From Eledone cirrhosa (lineage: Eukaryota): a DNA stretch of 64,000 bases. This document shows positions 1 through 21,103 of this stretch, one piece after another. How positions within the stretch are numbered: the first letter of the stretch is position 1; each line of letters begins with the position of its first letter. The stretch is from contig OZ024745.1 in NCBI GenBank assembly GCA_964016885.1, positions 45,322,001-45,386,000 on the forward strand, written 5' to 3'. The notes under the pieces were generated by a model. It searched no databases and was not told where the DNA came from. It saw only the letters and a program-made list of their open reading frames with translations. Position numbers and translations under genes: made by a program.

Positions 1-3000
1 TACTCTCACACATACACACACATATACTCTCACACATACATACACATATACTCTCACACATACACACACATATACTCTCACATACACACACACATATACT
101 CTCACACATACACACACATATACTCTCACACATACACACACATATACTCTCACACATACACACACATATACTCTCAGACATACACACACATATACTCTCA
201 CACATACAAACACATATACTCTCAAACATACACACACATATACTCTCACAGATACACACACATATACTCTCACATATACACACACATATATACTCTCACA
301 CATACACACACATATACTCTCACACATACACACACATATACTCTCACACATACACACACATATACTCTCACATATACACACACATATACTCTCACACATA
401 CACACACATATACTCTCACACATACACACACATGTACTCTCACACAAACACACACATATACTCTCACACATACACACACATACATATACTCTCACACATA
501 CACACACATATACTCTCACACATACACACACATATACTCTCACACATACACACACATATACTCTCACACATACACACACATATACTCTCACACATACACA
601 CACATATACTCTCACACATACACACATATATACTCTCACACATACACACACATATACTCTCACACATACACACACATATACCCTCACACATACACACACA
701 TATACTCTCACACATACACACACATATACTCTCACAGATACACACACATATACTCTCACACATACACACACATATACTCTCACACATACACACACATGTA
801 CTCTCACACATACACACACATATACTCTCACACATACACACACATACTCTCACACATACACACACATACATATACTCTCACACATACACACACATACTCT
901 CACACATACACACACACATACACATACTCTCACACATACACACACATACTCTCACACATACACACACATATACTCTCACACATACACACACATATATTCT
1001 CACACATACACACACATATATACTCTCACACATACACACACATATACTCTCACACATACACACACATATACTCTCACAGATACACACACATATACTCTCA
1101 CACATACACACACATATACTCTCACACATACACACACATATACTCTCACACATACACACACATATACTCTCACACATACACACACATATACTCTCACACA
1201 TACACGCACATATACTCTCACACATACACACACATATACTCTCACACATACACACACATATACTCTCACACATACACGCACACACATATACTCTCACACA
1301 TACACACACATATACTCTCACACATACACACACATATACTCTCACACATACACACACATATACTCTCACACATACACACACATATACTCTCAGACATACA
1401 CACACATATACTCTCACATATACAAACACATATACTCTCACACATACACACACATATACTCTCACACATACACACACATATACTCTCACACATACACACA
1501 CATATACTCTCACACATACACACACATATACTCTCACACATACACACATATACTCTCACACATACACACACATATACTCTATCACATACACACACATATA
1601 CTCTCACACATACACACACATATACTCTCACCCATACACACACATATACTCTCACACATACACACACATATACTCTCACACATACACGCACATATACTCT
1701 CACACATACACATACATATACTCTCACACATACACACACATACTCTCACACATAGCACACACATATACTCTCACACATACACACACATATACTCTCACAC
1801 ATACACACACATATACTCTCACACATACACACACATATACTCTCACACATACACACACATATACTCTCACACATACACGCACATATACTCTCACACATAC
1901 ACACATATACTCTCACACATACACACACATATACTCTCACACATACACACACATACTCTCACACATACGCACACATACTCTCACACATACACACACATAT
2001 ACTCTCACACATACACACACATATACTCTCACACATACACACACATATACTCTCACACATACACACACATATACTCTCACACATACACACACATATACTC
2101 TCACACATACGCATACATATACTCTCACACATACGCACACATATACTCTCACACATACACACACATATACTCTCACACATACACACACATATACTCTCAC
2201 ACATACACACACATATACTCTCACACATACACACACATATACTCTCACACATACACACACACATATACTCTCACACATACACACACACATATACTCTCAC
2301 ACATACACACACACATACTCTCACACATACACACACACATACTGTCACATACACACACACATACTCTCACACATACACACACATATACTCTCACACATAC
2401 ACACACACATACTCTCACACATACACACACATATACTCTCACACATACACACACATATACTCTCACACATACACACACATATACTCTCACACATACACAC
2501 ACATATACTCTCACACATACACACACATATACTCTCACACATACACACACATATATACTCTCACACATACACACACATATATTCTCACACATACACACAC
2601 ATATACTCTCACACATACACACACATATACTCTCACACATACACACACATATACTCTCACACATACACACACATATACTCTCACACATACACACACACAT
2701 ACACATACTCTCACACATACACACACACACTCTCACACATACACACACATATACTCTCACACATACACACACATATACTCTCACACATACACACATATAT
2801 ATACTCTCACACATACACACACATATACTCTCACACATACACACACATATACTCTCACACATACGCACACATATACTCTCACAGATACACACACATATAC
2901 TCTAACACATACACACACATATACTCTCACACATACACACACATGTACTCTCACACAAACACACACATATACTCTCACACATACACACACATACTCTCAC

Positions 3001-6000
3001 ACATACACACACATACATATACTCTCACACATACACACATATATACTCTCACACATACACACACATATACTCTCACACATACACACACACATACTCTCAC
3101 ACATACACACACATATACTCTCACACATACACACACATATGCTCTCACACATACACACATATATACTCTCACACATACACACACATATACTCTCACACAT
3201 ACACACACATATACTCTCACACATACACACACATATACTCTCACATACACACACACATATACTCTCACACATACACACACATATACTCTCACACATACAC
3301 ACACATATACTCTCACACATACACACACATATAATCTCAGACATACACACACATATACTCTCACACATACACACACATATACTCTCACACATACACACAC
3401 ATATATTCTCACACATACACACACATATACTCTCACACATACACACACATATACTCTCACACATACACACACATATACTCTCACACATACACATACATAT
3501 ACTCTCACACATACACACACATATACTCTCACACATACACACACATATACTCTCACACATACACACACATATACTCTCACACATACACACACATATACTC
3601 TCACACATACACACACACATATACTCTCACACATACACACACACATATACTCTCACACATACACACACACATACTCTCACACATACATACACACATATAC
3701 TCTCACACATACACACACACATATACTCTCACACATACACACACACATACTCTCACACATACCCACACATATACTCTCACACATACACACACATATACTC
3801 TCACACATACACACACATATACTCTCACACATACACACACATATACTCTCACACATACACACACATATACTCTCACACATACACACACATATATACTCTC
3901 ACACATACACACACATGTACTCTCACACATACACACACATATACTCTCACACATTCACACACATATACTCTCACACATACACACACATATACTCTCACAC
4001 ATACACACACACATACACATACTCTCACACATACACACACACACTCTCACACATACACACACATATACTCTCACACATACACACACATATACTCTCACAC
4101 ATACACACACATATATACTCTCACACATACACACACATATACTCTCACACATACACACACATATACTCTCACACATACGCACACATATACTCTCACAGAT
4201 ACACACACATATACTCTCACACATACACACACATATACTCTCACACATACACACACATACTCTCACACATACACACACATACATATACTCTCACACATAC
4301 ACACACATATACTCTCACACATACACACACATATACTCTCACACATACACACACACATACTCTCACACATACACACACATATACTCTCACACATACACAC
4401 ACATATACTCTCACACATACACACATATATACTCTCACACATACACACACATATACTCTCACACATACACACACATATACTCTCACACATACACACACAT
4501 ATACTCTCACACATACACACACATATACTCTCACATACACACACACATATACTCTCACACATACACACACATATACTCTCACACATACACACACATATAC
4601 TCTCACACATACACACACATATAATCTCAGACATACACACACATATACTCTCACACATACAAACACATATACTCTCACACATACACACACATATACTCTC
4701 ACACATACACACACATATACTCTCACACATACACACATATATACTCTCACACATACACACACACATACTCTCACACATACACACACACATACTCTCACAC
4801 ATACACACACACATACTCTCACACATACACACACATACTTTCACACATACACACCCATATACTCTCACACATACACACACACATATACTCTCACACATAC
4901 ACACACATATACGCTCACACATACACACACATATACTCTCACACATACACACACATATACTCTCACACATACACACAGAAATACTCTCACACATACACAC
5001 ACACATACTCTCACACATACACACACACATACTCTCACACATACACACACATATACTCTCACACATACACACACATATACTCTCACACATACACACACAT
5101 ATACTGTCACACATACACACACACATACTCTCACACATACACACACACATACTCTCACACATACACACACACATACTCTCACACATACACACACACATAC
5201 TCTCACACATACACACACATATACTCTCACACATACACACACATATACTCTCACACATACACACACATATAGTCTCACACATACACACACATATACTCTC
5301 ACACATACACACACACATACTCTCACACATACACACACACACATACTCTCACAGATACAAACACACATACTCTCACACATACACACACACATACTCTCAC
5401 ACATACACACACACATACTCTCACACAAACACACACATATACTCTCACACATACACACACATATACTCTCACACATACACACACACATACTCTCACACAT
5501 ACACACACATATACTCTCACACATACACACACATATACTCTCACACATACACACACATATACTCTCACACATACACACACATATACTCTCACACATACAC
5601 ACACACATACTCTCACACATACACACACACACATACTCTCACACATACACACACACATACTCTCACACATACACACACACATACTCTCACACATACACAC
5701 ACACATATACTCTCACACATACACAGACACATGTACTCTCACACATACACACACATATACTCTCACACATACACACACATATACTCTCACACATACACAC
5801 ACACATATACTCTCACACATACACACACACATACTCTCACACATACACACACATATACTCTCACACATACACACATATATACTCTCACACATACACACAT
5901 ATATACTCTCACACATACACACACACATACACATACTCTCACACATACACACACATATACTCTCACACATACACACACATATACTCTCACACATACACAC

Positions 6001-9000
6001 ACATATACTCTCTCACATACAGAGTCACACATACATACTCTCACACATACACACACATATACTCTCACACATACACACATATATACTCTCACAGATACAC
6101 ACACATATACTCTCACACATACACACACATGTACTCTCACACATACACACACATATACTCTCACACATACACACACATACTCTCACACATACACACACAC
6201 ACATATACTCTCACACATACACACACATATACTCTCACACATACACACACATATACTCTCAGACATACACACACATATACTCTCACACATACAAACACAT
6301 ATACTCTCACACATACACACACATATACTCTCACACATACACACACATATACTCTCACACATACACACACATATACTCTCACACATACACACACATATAC
6401 TCTCACACATACACACACATATACTCTCACACATACACACACATATACTCTCACACATACACGCACATATACTCTCACACATACACGCACATATACTCTC
6501 ACACATACACACACATACTCTCACACATACACACACATACTCTCACACATACACACACATATACTCTCACACATACACACACATATACTCTCACACATAC
6601 ACACACATATACTCTCACACATACACACACATATACTCTCACACATACACACACATATACTCTCACACATACACGCACATATACTCTCACACATACACAC
6701 ACATATACTCTCACACATACACACACATATACTCTCACACATACACACACATACTCTCACACATACACACACATACTCTCACACATACACACACATATAC
6801 TCTCACACATACACACACATATACTCTCACACATACACACACATATACTCTCACACATACACAGACATATACTCTCACACATACACACACATATACTCTC
6901 ACACATACACATACATATACTCTCACACATACACACACATATACTCTCACACATACACACACATATACTCTCACACATACACACACATATACTCTCACAC
7001 ATACACACACATATACTCTCACACATACACACACACATATACTCTCACACATACACACACACACATATACTCTCACACATACACACACACATACTCTCAC
7101 AAATACACACACATACTCTCACATACACACACACATACTCTCACACATACACACACATATACTCTCACACATACACACACATATACTCTCACACATACAC
7201 ACACATATATACTCTCACACATACACACACATGTACTCTCACACATACACACACATATACTCTCACACATTCACACACATATACTCTCACACATACACAC
7301 ACATATACTCTCACACATACACACACACATACACATACTCTCACACATACACACACACACTCTCACACATACACACACATATACTCTCACACATACACAC
7401 ACATATACTCTCACACATACACACACATATATACTCTCACACATACACACACATATACTCTCACACATACACACACATATACTCTCACACATACGCACAC
7501 ATATACTCTCACAGATACACACACATATACTCTCACACATACACACACATATACTCTCACACATACACACACATACTCTCACACATACACACACATACAT
7601 ATACTCTCACACATACACACACATATACTCTCACACATACACACACATATACTCTCACACATACACACACACATACTCTCACACATACACACACATATAC
7701 TCTCACACATACACACACATATACTCTCACACATACACACATATATACTCTCACACATACACACACATATACTCTCACACATACACACACATATACTCTC
7801 ACACATACACACACATATACTCTCACACATACACACACATATACTCTCACATACACACACACATATACTCTCACACATACACACACATATACTCTCACAC
7901 ATACACACACATATACTCTCACACATACACACACATATAATCTCAGACATACACACACATATACTCTCACACATACAAACACATATACTCTCACACATAC
8001 ACACACATATACTCTCACACATACACACACATATACTCTCACACATACACACATATATACTCTCACACATACACACACACACATACTCTCACACATACAC
8101 ACACACATACTCTCACACATACACACACACATACTCTCACACATACACACACACATACTCTCACACATACACACACATATACTTTCACACATACACACCC
8201 ATATACTCTCACACATACACACACACATATACTCTCACACATACACACACATATACGCTCACACATACACACACATATACTCTCACACATACACACACAT
8301 ATACTCTCACACATACACACAGAAATACTCTCACACATACACACACACATACTCTCACACATACACACACACATACTCTCACACATACACACACATATAC
8401 TCTCACACATACACACACATATACTCTCACACATACACACACATATACTGTCACACATACACACACACATACTCTCACACATACACACACACATACTCTC
8501 ACACATACACACACACATACTCTCACACATACATACACATATACTCTCACACATACACACACACATACTCTCACACATACACACACATATACTCTCACAC
8601 ATACACACACATATACTCTCACACATACACACACATATAGTCTCACACATACACACACATATACTCTCACACATACACACACACATACTCTCACACATAC
8701 ACACACACACATACTCTCACAGATACAAACACACATACTCTCACACATACACACACACATACTCTCACACATACACACACACATACTCTCACACAAACAC
8801 ACACATATACTCTCACACATACACACACATATACTCTCACACATACACACACACATACTCTCACACATACACACACATATACTCTCACACATACACACAC
8901 ATATACTCTCACACATACACACACATATACTCTCACACATACACACACATATACTCTCACACATACACACACACATACTCTCACACATACACACACACAC

Positions 9001-12000
9001 ATACTCTCACACATACACACACACATACTCTCACACATACACACACACATACTCTCACACATACACACACACATATACTCTCACACATACACAGACACAT
9101 GTACTCTCACACATACACACACATATACTCTCACACATACACACACATATACTCTCACACATACACACACACATATACTCTCACACATACACACACACAT
9201 ACTCTCACACATACACACACATATACTCTCACACATACAGACTCACACATACACACACACATATACTCTCACACATACACACACATATACTCTCTCACAT
9301 ACAGAGTCACACATACATACTCTCACACATACACACACATATACTCTCACACATACACACATATATACTCTCACACATACACACATATATACTCTCACAC
9401 ATACACACACACATACACATACTCTCACACATACACACACATATACTCTCACACATACACACACATATACTCTCACACATACACACACATATACTCTCTC
9501 ACATACAGAGTCACACATACATACTCTCACACATACACACACATATACTCTCACACATACACACATATATACTCTCACAGATACACACACATATACTCTC
9601 ACACATACACACATATACTCTCACACATACACACACATGTACTCTCACACATACACACACATATACTCTCACACATACACACACATACTCTCACACATAC
9701 ACACACACACATATACTCTCACACATACACACACATATACTCTCACACATACACACACATATACTCTCAGACATACACACACATATACTCTCACACATAC
9801 AAACACATATACTCTCACACATACACACACATATACTCTCACACATACACACACATATACTCTCACACATACACACACATATACTCTCACACATACACAC
9901 ACATATACTCTCACACATACACACACATATACTCTCACACATACACACACATATACTCTCACACATACACGCACATATACTCTCACACATACACACACAT
10001 ATACTCTCACACATACACACACATATACTCTCACACATACACACACATACTCTCACACATACACACACATATACTCTCACACATACACACACATATACTC
10101 TCACACATACACACACATATACACTCACACATACACACACATATACTCTCACACATACACACACATATACTCTCACACATACACGCACATATACTCTCAC
10201 ACATACACACACATATACTCTCACACATACACACACATATACTCTCACACATACACACACATACTCTCACACATACACACACATACTCTCACACATACAC
10301 ACACATATACTCTCACACATACACACACATATACTCTCACACATACACACACATATACTCTCACACATACACAGACATATACTCTCACACATACACACAC
10401 ATATACTCTCACACATACACATACATATACTCTCACACATACACACACATATACTCTCACACATACACACACATATACTCTCACACATACACACACATAT
10501 ACTCTCACACATACACACACATATACTCTCACACATACACACACACATATACTCTCACACATACACACACACACATATACTCTCACACATACACACACAC
10601 ATACTCTCACAAATACACACACATACTCTCACATACACACACACATACTCTCACACATACACACACATATACTCTCACACATACACACACACATACTCTC
10701 ACACATACACACACATATACTCTCACACATACACACACATATACTCTCACACATACACACACATATACTCTCACACATACACACACATATACTCTCACAC
10801 ATACACACACATATACTCACACACATACACACATATATACTCTCACACATACACACACACATACTCTCACACATACACACACATACTCTCACACATACAC
10901 ACACACATACTCTCACACATACACACACATATACATCACACATACACACACATATACTCTCACACATACACACACATATACTCTCACACATACACACACA
11001 CATACTCTCACACATACACACACATATACTCTCACACATACACACACATATACTCCACACATACACACACATATACTCTCACACATACACACACATATAC
11101 TCTCACACATACACACACACATACTCTCACACATACACACACACATACTCTCACACATACACACACATATACTCTCACACATACACACACACATACTCTC
11201 ACACATACACACACACATACTCTCACACATACACACACACATACTCTCACACATACACACACACATACTCTCACACATACACACACATATACTCTCACAC
11301 ATACACACACATATACTCTCACACATACACACACATATACTCTCACACATACACACACACATACTCTCACACATACACACACACACATACTCTCACACAT
11401 ACACACACACATAGTCTCACACATACACACACACATACTCTCACACATACACACACACATACTCTCACACATACACACACATATACTCTCACACATACAC
11501 ATACATATACTCTCACACATACACACACATATACTCTCACACATACACACACACATACTCTCACACATACACATACATATACTCTCACACATACACACAC
11601 ATATACTCTCACACATACACACACATATACTCTCACACATACACACACATATACTCTCACACATACACATACATATACTCTCACACATACACACATATAT
11701 ACTCTCACACATACACACACACATACTCTCACACATACACACACACATACTCTCACACATACACACACATATACTCTCACACATACAGACTCACACATAC
11801 ACACACACATATACTCTCACACATACACACACATATACTCTCACACATACACACACACATACACATACTCTCACACATACACACACATATACTCTCACAC
11901 ATACACACACATATACTCTCACACATACAGACTCACACATACACACACACATATACTCTCACACATACACACACATATACTCTCACACATACACACACAC

Positions 12001-15000
12001 ATATACTCTCACACATACACACACACATACTCTCACACATACACACACATATACTCTCACACATACAGACTCACACATACACACACACATATACTCTCAC
12101 ACATACACACACATATACTCTCTCACATACAGAGTCACACATACATACTCTCACACATACACACACATATACTCTCACACATACACACATATATACTCTC
12201 ACACATACACACATATATACTCTCACACATACACACACACATACACATACTCTCACACATACACACACATATACTCTCACACATACACACACATATACTC
12301 TCACACATACACACACATATATACTCTCACACATACACACACATATACTCTCACACATACACACACATATACTCTCACACATACACACACATATACTCTC
12401 ACAGATACACACACATATACTCTCACACATACACACATATACTCTCACACATACACACACATGTACTCTCACACATACACACACATATACTCTCACACAT
12501 ACACACACATACTCTCACACATACACACACATACATATACTCTCACACATACACACACATATACTCTCACACATACACACACATATACTCTCACACATAC
12601 ACACACATATACTCTCACACATACACACATATATAGTCTCACACATACACACATATATACTCTCACACATACACACACATATACTCTCACACATACACAC
12701 ACATATACTCTCACACATACACACACGTATACTCTCACACATACACACACACACATATACTCTCACACATACACACACATATACTCTCACACATACACAC
12801 ACATATACTCTCACACATACACACACATATACTCTCACACATACACACACATATACTCTCAGACATACACACACATATACTCTCACACATACAAACACAT
12901 ATACTCTCACACATACACACACATATACTCTCACACATACACACACATATACTCTCACACATACACACACATATACTCTCACACATACACACACATATAC
13001 TCTCACACATACACACACATATACTCTCACACATACACACACATATACTCTCACACATACACACACATATACTCTCACACATACACGCACATATACTCTC
13101 ACACATACACACACATATACTCTCACACATACACACACATACTCTCACACATACACACACATATACTCTCACACATACACACACATATACTCTCACACAT
13201 ACACACACATATACTCTCACACATACACACACACATATACTCTCACACATACACACACACACATATACTCTCACACATACACACACACATACTCTCACAA
13301 ATACACACACATATACTCTCACACATACACACACATATACTCTCACACATACACACACATATACTCTCACACATACACACACATATACTCTCACACATAC
13401 ACACACATATACTCTCACACATACACACATATATACTCTCACACATACACACACACATACTCTCACACATACACACACATACTCTCACACATACACACAC
13501 ACATACTCTCACACATACACACACATATACATCACACATACACACACATATACTCTCACACATACACACACATATACTCTCACACATACACACACACATA
13601 CTCTCACACATACACACACATATACTCTCACACATACACACACATATACTCCACACATACACACACATATACTCTGACACATACACACACATATACTCTC
13701 ACACATACACACACACATACTCTCACACATACACACACACATACTCTCACACATACACACACACATACTCTCACACATACACACACATATACTCTCACAC
13801 ATACACACACACATACTCTCACACATACACACACACATACTCTCACACATACACACACACATACTCTCACACATACACACACACATACTCTCACACATAC
13901 ACACACACATACTCTCACACATACACACACATATACTCTCACACATACACACACATATACTCTCACACATACACACACACATACTCTCACACATACACAC
14001 ACACACATACTCTCACACATACACACACACATACTCTCACACATACACACACACATACTCTCACACATACACACACACATACTCTCACACATACACACAC
14101 ACATACTCTCACACATACACACACATATACTCTCACACATACACATACATATACTCTCACACATACACACACATATACTCTCACACATACACACACACAT
14201 ACTCTCACACATACACATACATATACTCTCACACATACACACACATATACTCTCACACATACACACACATATACTCTCACACATACACACACATATACTC
14301 TCACACATACACATACATATACTCTCACACATACACACATATATACTCTCACACATACACACACACATACTCTCACACATACACACACACATACTCTCAC
14401 ACATACACACACATATACTCTCACACATACAGACTCACACATACACACACACATATACTCTCACACATACACACACATATACTCTCACACATACACACAC
14501 ACATACACATACTCTCACACATACACACACATATACTCTCACACATACACACACATATACTCTCACACATACAGACTCACACATACACACACACATATAC
14601 TCTCACACATACACACACATATACTCTCACACATACACACACACATATACTCTCACACATACACACACACATACTCTCACACATACACACACATATACTC
14701 TCACACATACAGACTCACACATACACACACACATATACTCTCACACATACACACACATATACTCTCTCACATACAGAGTCACACATACATACTCTCACAC
14801 ATACACACACATATACTCTCACACATACACACATATATACTCTCACACATACACACATATATACTCTCACACATACACACACACATACACATACTCTCAC
14901 ACATACACACACATATACTCTCACACATACACACACATATACTCTCACACATACACACACATATATACTCTCACACATACACACACATATACTCTCACAC

Positions 15001-18000
15001 ATACACACACATATACTCTCACACATACACACACATATACTCTCACAGATACACACACATATACTCTCACACATACACACATATACTCTCACACATACAC
15101 ACACATGTACTCTCACACATACACACACATATACTCTCACACATACACACACATACTCTCACACATACACACACATACATATACTCTCACACATACACAC
15201 ACATATACTCTCACACATACACACACATATACTCTCACACATACACACACATATACTCTCACACATACACACATATATAGTCTCACACATACATACATAT
15301 ATACTCTCACACATACACACACATATACTCTCACACATACACACACATATACTCTCACACATACACACACGTATACTCTCACACATACACACACACACAT
15401 ATACTCTCACACATACATACACATATACTCTCACACATACACACACATATACTCTCACACATACACACACATATACTCTCACACATACACACACATATAC
15501 TCTCAGACATACACACACATATACTCTCACACATACAAACACATATACTCTCACACATACACACACATATACTCTCACACATACACACACATATACTCTC
15601 ACACATACACACACATATACTCTCACACATACACACACATATACTCTCACACATACACACACATATACTCTCACACATACACACACATATACTCTCACAC
15701 ATACACACACATATACTCTCACACATACACGCACATATACTCTCACACATACACACACATATACTCTCACACATACACACACATACTCTCACACATACAC
15801 ACACATATACTCTCACACATACACACACATATACTCTCACACATACACACACATATACTCTCACACATACACACACACATATACTCTCACACATACACAC
15901 ACACACATATACTCTCACACATACACACACACATACTCTCACAAATACACACACATACTCTCACATACACACACACATACTCTCACACATACACACACAT
16001 ATACTCTCACACATACACACACACATACTCTCACACATACACACACACATACTCTCACACATACACACACATATACTCTCACACATACACACACATATAC
16101 TCTCACACATACACACACATATACTCACACACATACACACATATATACTCTCACACATACACACACACATACTCTCACACATACACACACATACTCTCAC
16201 ACATACACACACACATACTCTCACACATACACACACATATACATCACACATACACACACATATACTCTCACACATACACACACATATACTCTCACACATA
16301 CACACACACATACTCTCACACATACACACACATATACTCTCACACATACACACACATATACTCCACACATACACACACATATACTCTCACACATACACAC
16401 ACATATACTCTCACACATACACACACACATACTCTCACACATACACACACACATACTCTCACACATACACACACACATACTCTCACACATACACACACAC
16501 ATACTCTCACACATACACACACACATACTCTCACACATACACACACACATACTCTCACACATACACACACACATACTCTCACACATACACACACATATAC
16601 TCTCACACATACACACACATATACTCTCACACATACACACACACATACTCTCACACATACACACACACACATACTCTCACACATACACACACACATACTC
16701 TCACACATACACACACACATACTCTCACACATACACACACACATACTCTCACACATACACACACATATACTCTCACACATACACATACATATACTCTCAC
16801 ACATACACACACATATACTCTCACACATACACACACACATACTCTCACACATACACATACATATACTCTCACACATACACACACATATACTCTCACACAT
16901 ACACACACATATACTCTCACACATACAGACTCACACATACACACACACATATACTCTCACACATACACACACATATACTCTCTCACATACAGAGTCACAC
17001 ATACATACTCTCACACATACACACACATATACTCTCACACATACACACATATATACTCTCACACATACACACATATATACTCTCACACATACACACACAC
17101 ATACACATACTCTCACACATACACACACATATACTCTCACACATACACACACATATATACTCTCACACATACACACACATATACTCTCACACATACACAC
17201 ACATATACTCTCACACATACACACACATATACTCTCACAGATACACACACATATACTCTCACTCATACACACATATACTCTCACACATACACACACATGT
17301 ACTCTCACACATACACACACATATACTCTCACACATACACACACATACTCTCACACATACACACACATACATATACTCTCACACATACACACACATATAC
17401 TCTCACACATACACACACATATACTCTCACACATACACACACATATACTCTCACACATACACACATATATAGTCTCACACATACACACATATATACTCTC
17501 ACACATACACACACATATACTCTCACACATACACACACATATACTCTCACACATACACACACGTATACTCTCACACATACACACACACACATATACTCTC
17601 ACACATACACACACATATACTCTCACACATACACACACATATACTCTCACACATACACACACATATACTCTCACACATACACACACATATACTCTCAGAC
17701 ATACACACACATATACTCTCACACATACAAACACATATACTCTCACACATACACACACATATACTCTCACACATACACACACATATACTCTCACACATAC
17801 ACACACATATACTCTCACACATACACACACATATACTCTCACACATACACGCACATATACTCTCACACATACACACACATATACTCTCACACATACACAC
17901 ACATATACTCTCACACATACACACACATACTCTCACACATACACACACATACTCTCACACATACACACACATATACTCTCACACATACACACACATATAC

Positions 18001-20150
18001 TCTCACACATACACACACATATACTCTCACACATACACAGACATATACTCTCACACATACACACACATATACTCTCACACATACACATACATATACTCTC
18101 ACACATACACACACATATACTCTCACACATACACACACATATACTCTCACACATACACACACATATACTCTCACACATACACACACATATACTCTCACAC
18201 ATACACACACATATACTCTCACACATACACACACACATATACTCTCACACATACACACACACACATATACTCTCACACATACACACACACACATATACTC
18301 TCACACATACACACACACATACTCTCACAAATACACACACATACTCTCACATACACACACACATACTCTCACACATACACACACATATACTCTCACACAT
18401 ACACACACACATACTCTCACACATACACACACATATACTCTCACACATACACACACATATACTCTCACACATACACACACATATACTCTCACACATACAC
18501 ACACATATACTCTCACACATACACACACATATACTCTCACACATACACACACATATACTCACACACATACACACATATATACACTCACACATACACACAC
18601 ACATACTCTCACACATACACACACATACTCTCACACATACACACACACATACTCTCACACATACACACACATATACATCACACATACACACACATATACT
18701 CTCACACATACACACACATATACTCTCACACATACACACACACATACTCTCACACATACACACACATATACTCTCACACATACACACACATATACTCCAC
18801 ACATACACACACATATACTCTCACACATACACACACATATACTCTCACACATACACACACACATACTCTCACACATACACACACACATACTCTCACACAT
18901 ACACACATATACTCTCACACATACACACACACATACTCTCACACATACACACACACATACTCTCACACATACACACACACATACTCTCACACATACACAC
19001 ACACATACTCTCACACATACACACACATATACTCTCACACATACACACACATATACTCTCACACATACACACACATATACTCTCACACATACACACACAC
19101 ATACTCTCACACATACACACACACACATACTCTCACACATACACACACACATACTCTCACACATACTCTCACACATACACACACACATACTCTCACACAT
19201 ACACACACACATACTCTCACACATACACACACATATACTCTCACACATACAGACTCACACATACACACACACATATACTCTCACACATACACACACATAT
19301 ACTCTCACACATACAGACTCACACATACATACTCTCACACATACACACACATATACTCTCACACATACACACACATATACTCTCACACATACACACACAT
19401 TTACTCTCACACATACACACACATATACTCTCACACATACACACACACATACTCTCACACATACACACACATATACTCTCACACATACACACACATATAC
19501 TCTCACACATACACACACACATACTCACACACATACACACACATATACTCTCACACATACACACACATATACTCTCACACATACACACACATATACTCTC
19601 ACACATACACACACATATACTCTCACACATACACACACATACTCTCACACATACACATACTCTCACACATACACACACACATACTCTCACACATACACAC
19701 ACACATACTCTCACACATACACACACACATATACTCTCACACATACACACACACATGTACTCTCACACATACACACACATATACTCTCACACATACACAC
19801 ACATATACTCTCACACATACACACACATATACTCTCACACATACACACACACATACTCTCACACATACACACACACATACTCTCACACATACACACACAT
19901 ATACTTCACACATACAGACTCACACATACACACACACATATACTCTCACACATACACACACATATACTCTTACACATACAGACTCAAACATACATACTCT
20001 CACACATACACACACATATACTCTCACACACATACACACACATATACTCTCACACATACACACACACATACTCTCACACATACACACACACATACTCTCA
20101 CACATACACACACATATACTGTCACACACATACACACATATACAAACATA
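1..20150. repeat. 24-bp tandem satellite, consensus TACTCTCACACATACACACACATA (22/26-bp variants by CA slippage)
   Basis: Unit visible continuously from base 1 to ~20150; + strand almost lacks G; the array runs off the left edge of the window. Confidence 0.98.
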
Positions 20151-20395
20151 CTCACAAACATATATGCGTGTGTGTTGAGTTTATAGTTTATCTAAGCCCC
20201 CAAAGCCAAGGCTATACTGGAGATCCCTATATGAATAGGTGTGTGTGTGTTGGTATGTTGTGTGTGTGTCTGTGCGTGCCGAGGTACGTACGTATATCCC
20301 CTTATTTCTTGATAACGTGACAAATTACATCAATAGCTCAAATTCCGTAAAAAGAAGCACGTATAGAACTCATAGATAACAACAGCCAGAACGAT

Positions 20396-20445
<50 letters not shown>
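20396..20445. repeat. (TAC)n microsatellite
   Basis: Direct reading. Confidence 0.95.
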
Positions 20446-20449
20446 TTGT

Positions 20450-20777
20450 GTTGTATGTGTGTGTGTGTGTATGTATGTATACATATATGTAGATATATAT
20501 GTGTATATATATATACATGTATATATATATATATATGTACATATATGTATTTATATATATATACATATATGTATATATATGTACATGTATAGATATACAT
20601 ATATGTATATATATATGTACATGTATATGTATATATTTGTACATAATATATATATGTACATGTATAGATATACATATATGTATATATATGTACATATATA
20701 TGTATATATTTGTACATATATGTATATATACATATATGTATATACATGTATATATATATATATATGTATATATATGC

Positions 20778-20830
<53 letters not shown>

Positions 20831-20857
20831 CACACACACACATATATATATATATGC

Positions 20858-20898
<41 letters not shown>

Positions 20899-20899
20899 T

Positions 20900-20986
<87 letters not shown>
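20450..20986. repeat. Compound (TA)n/(CA)n microsatellite
   Basis: Direct reading. Confidence 0.95.
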
Positions 20987-21017
20987 GAAGTAGTAACACA
21001 ACAGTTAGTTTGCCATA

Positions 21018-21053
21018 CCGAGAACAATTGTTTCACCTTATGCGCATCTTCAG

Positions 21054-21055
<2 letters not shown>
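21018..21055 (-). ncRNA. Minimal type I hammerhead ribozyme motif, stem I truncated by (TA)n
   Basis: Minus strand: ag-CTGAAGA-tgcgcataaggt-GAAA-CAATTG-TT-ctcgg; palindromic stem III; weak stem II. Confidence 0.55.
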
Positions 21056-21099
<44 letters not shown>

Positions 21100-21103
21100 A
21101 TAT

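Noticed and set aside
432-20320. Giant His/Thr/Tyr ORFs (up to 2502 aa) and Cys/Val ORFs on the minus strand
   Set aside because: Translation of a stop-poor 24-bp satellite; open in several frames at once and drifting between repeat phases
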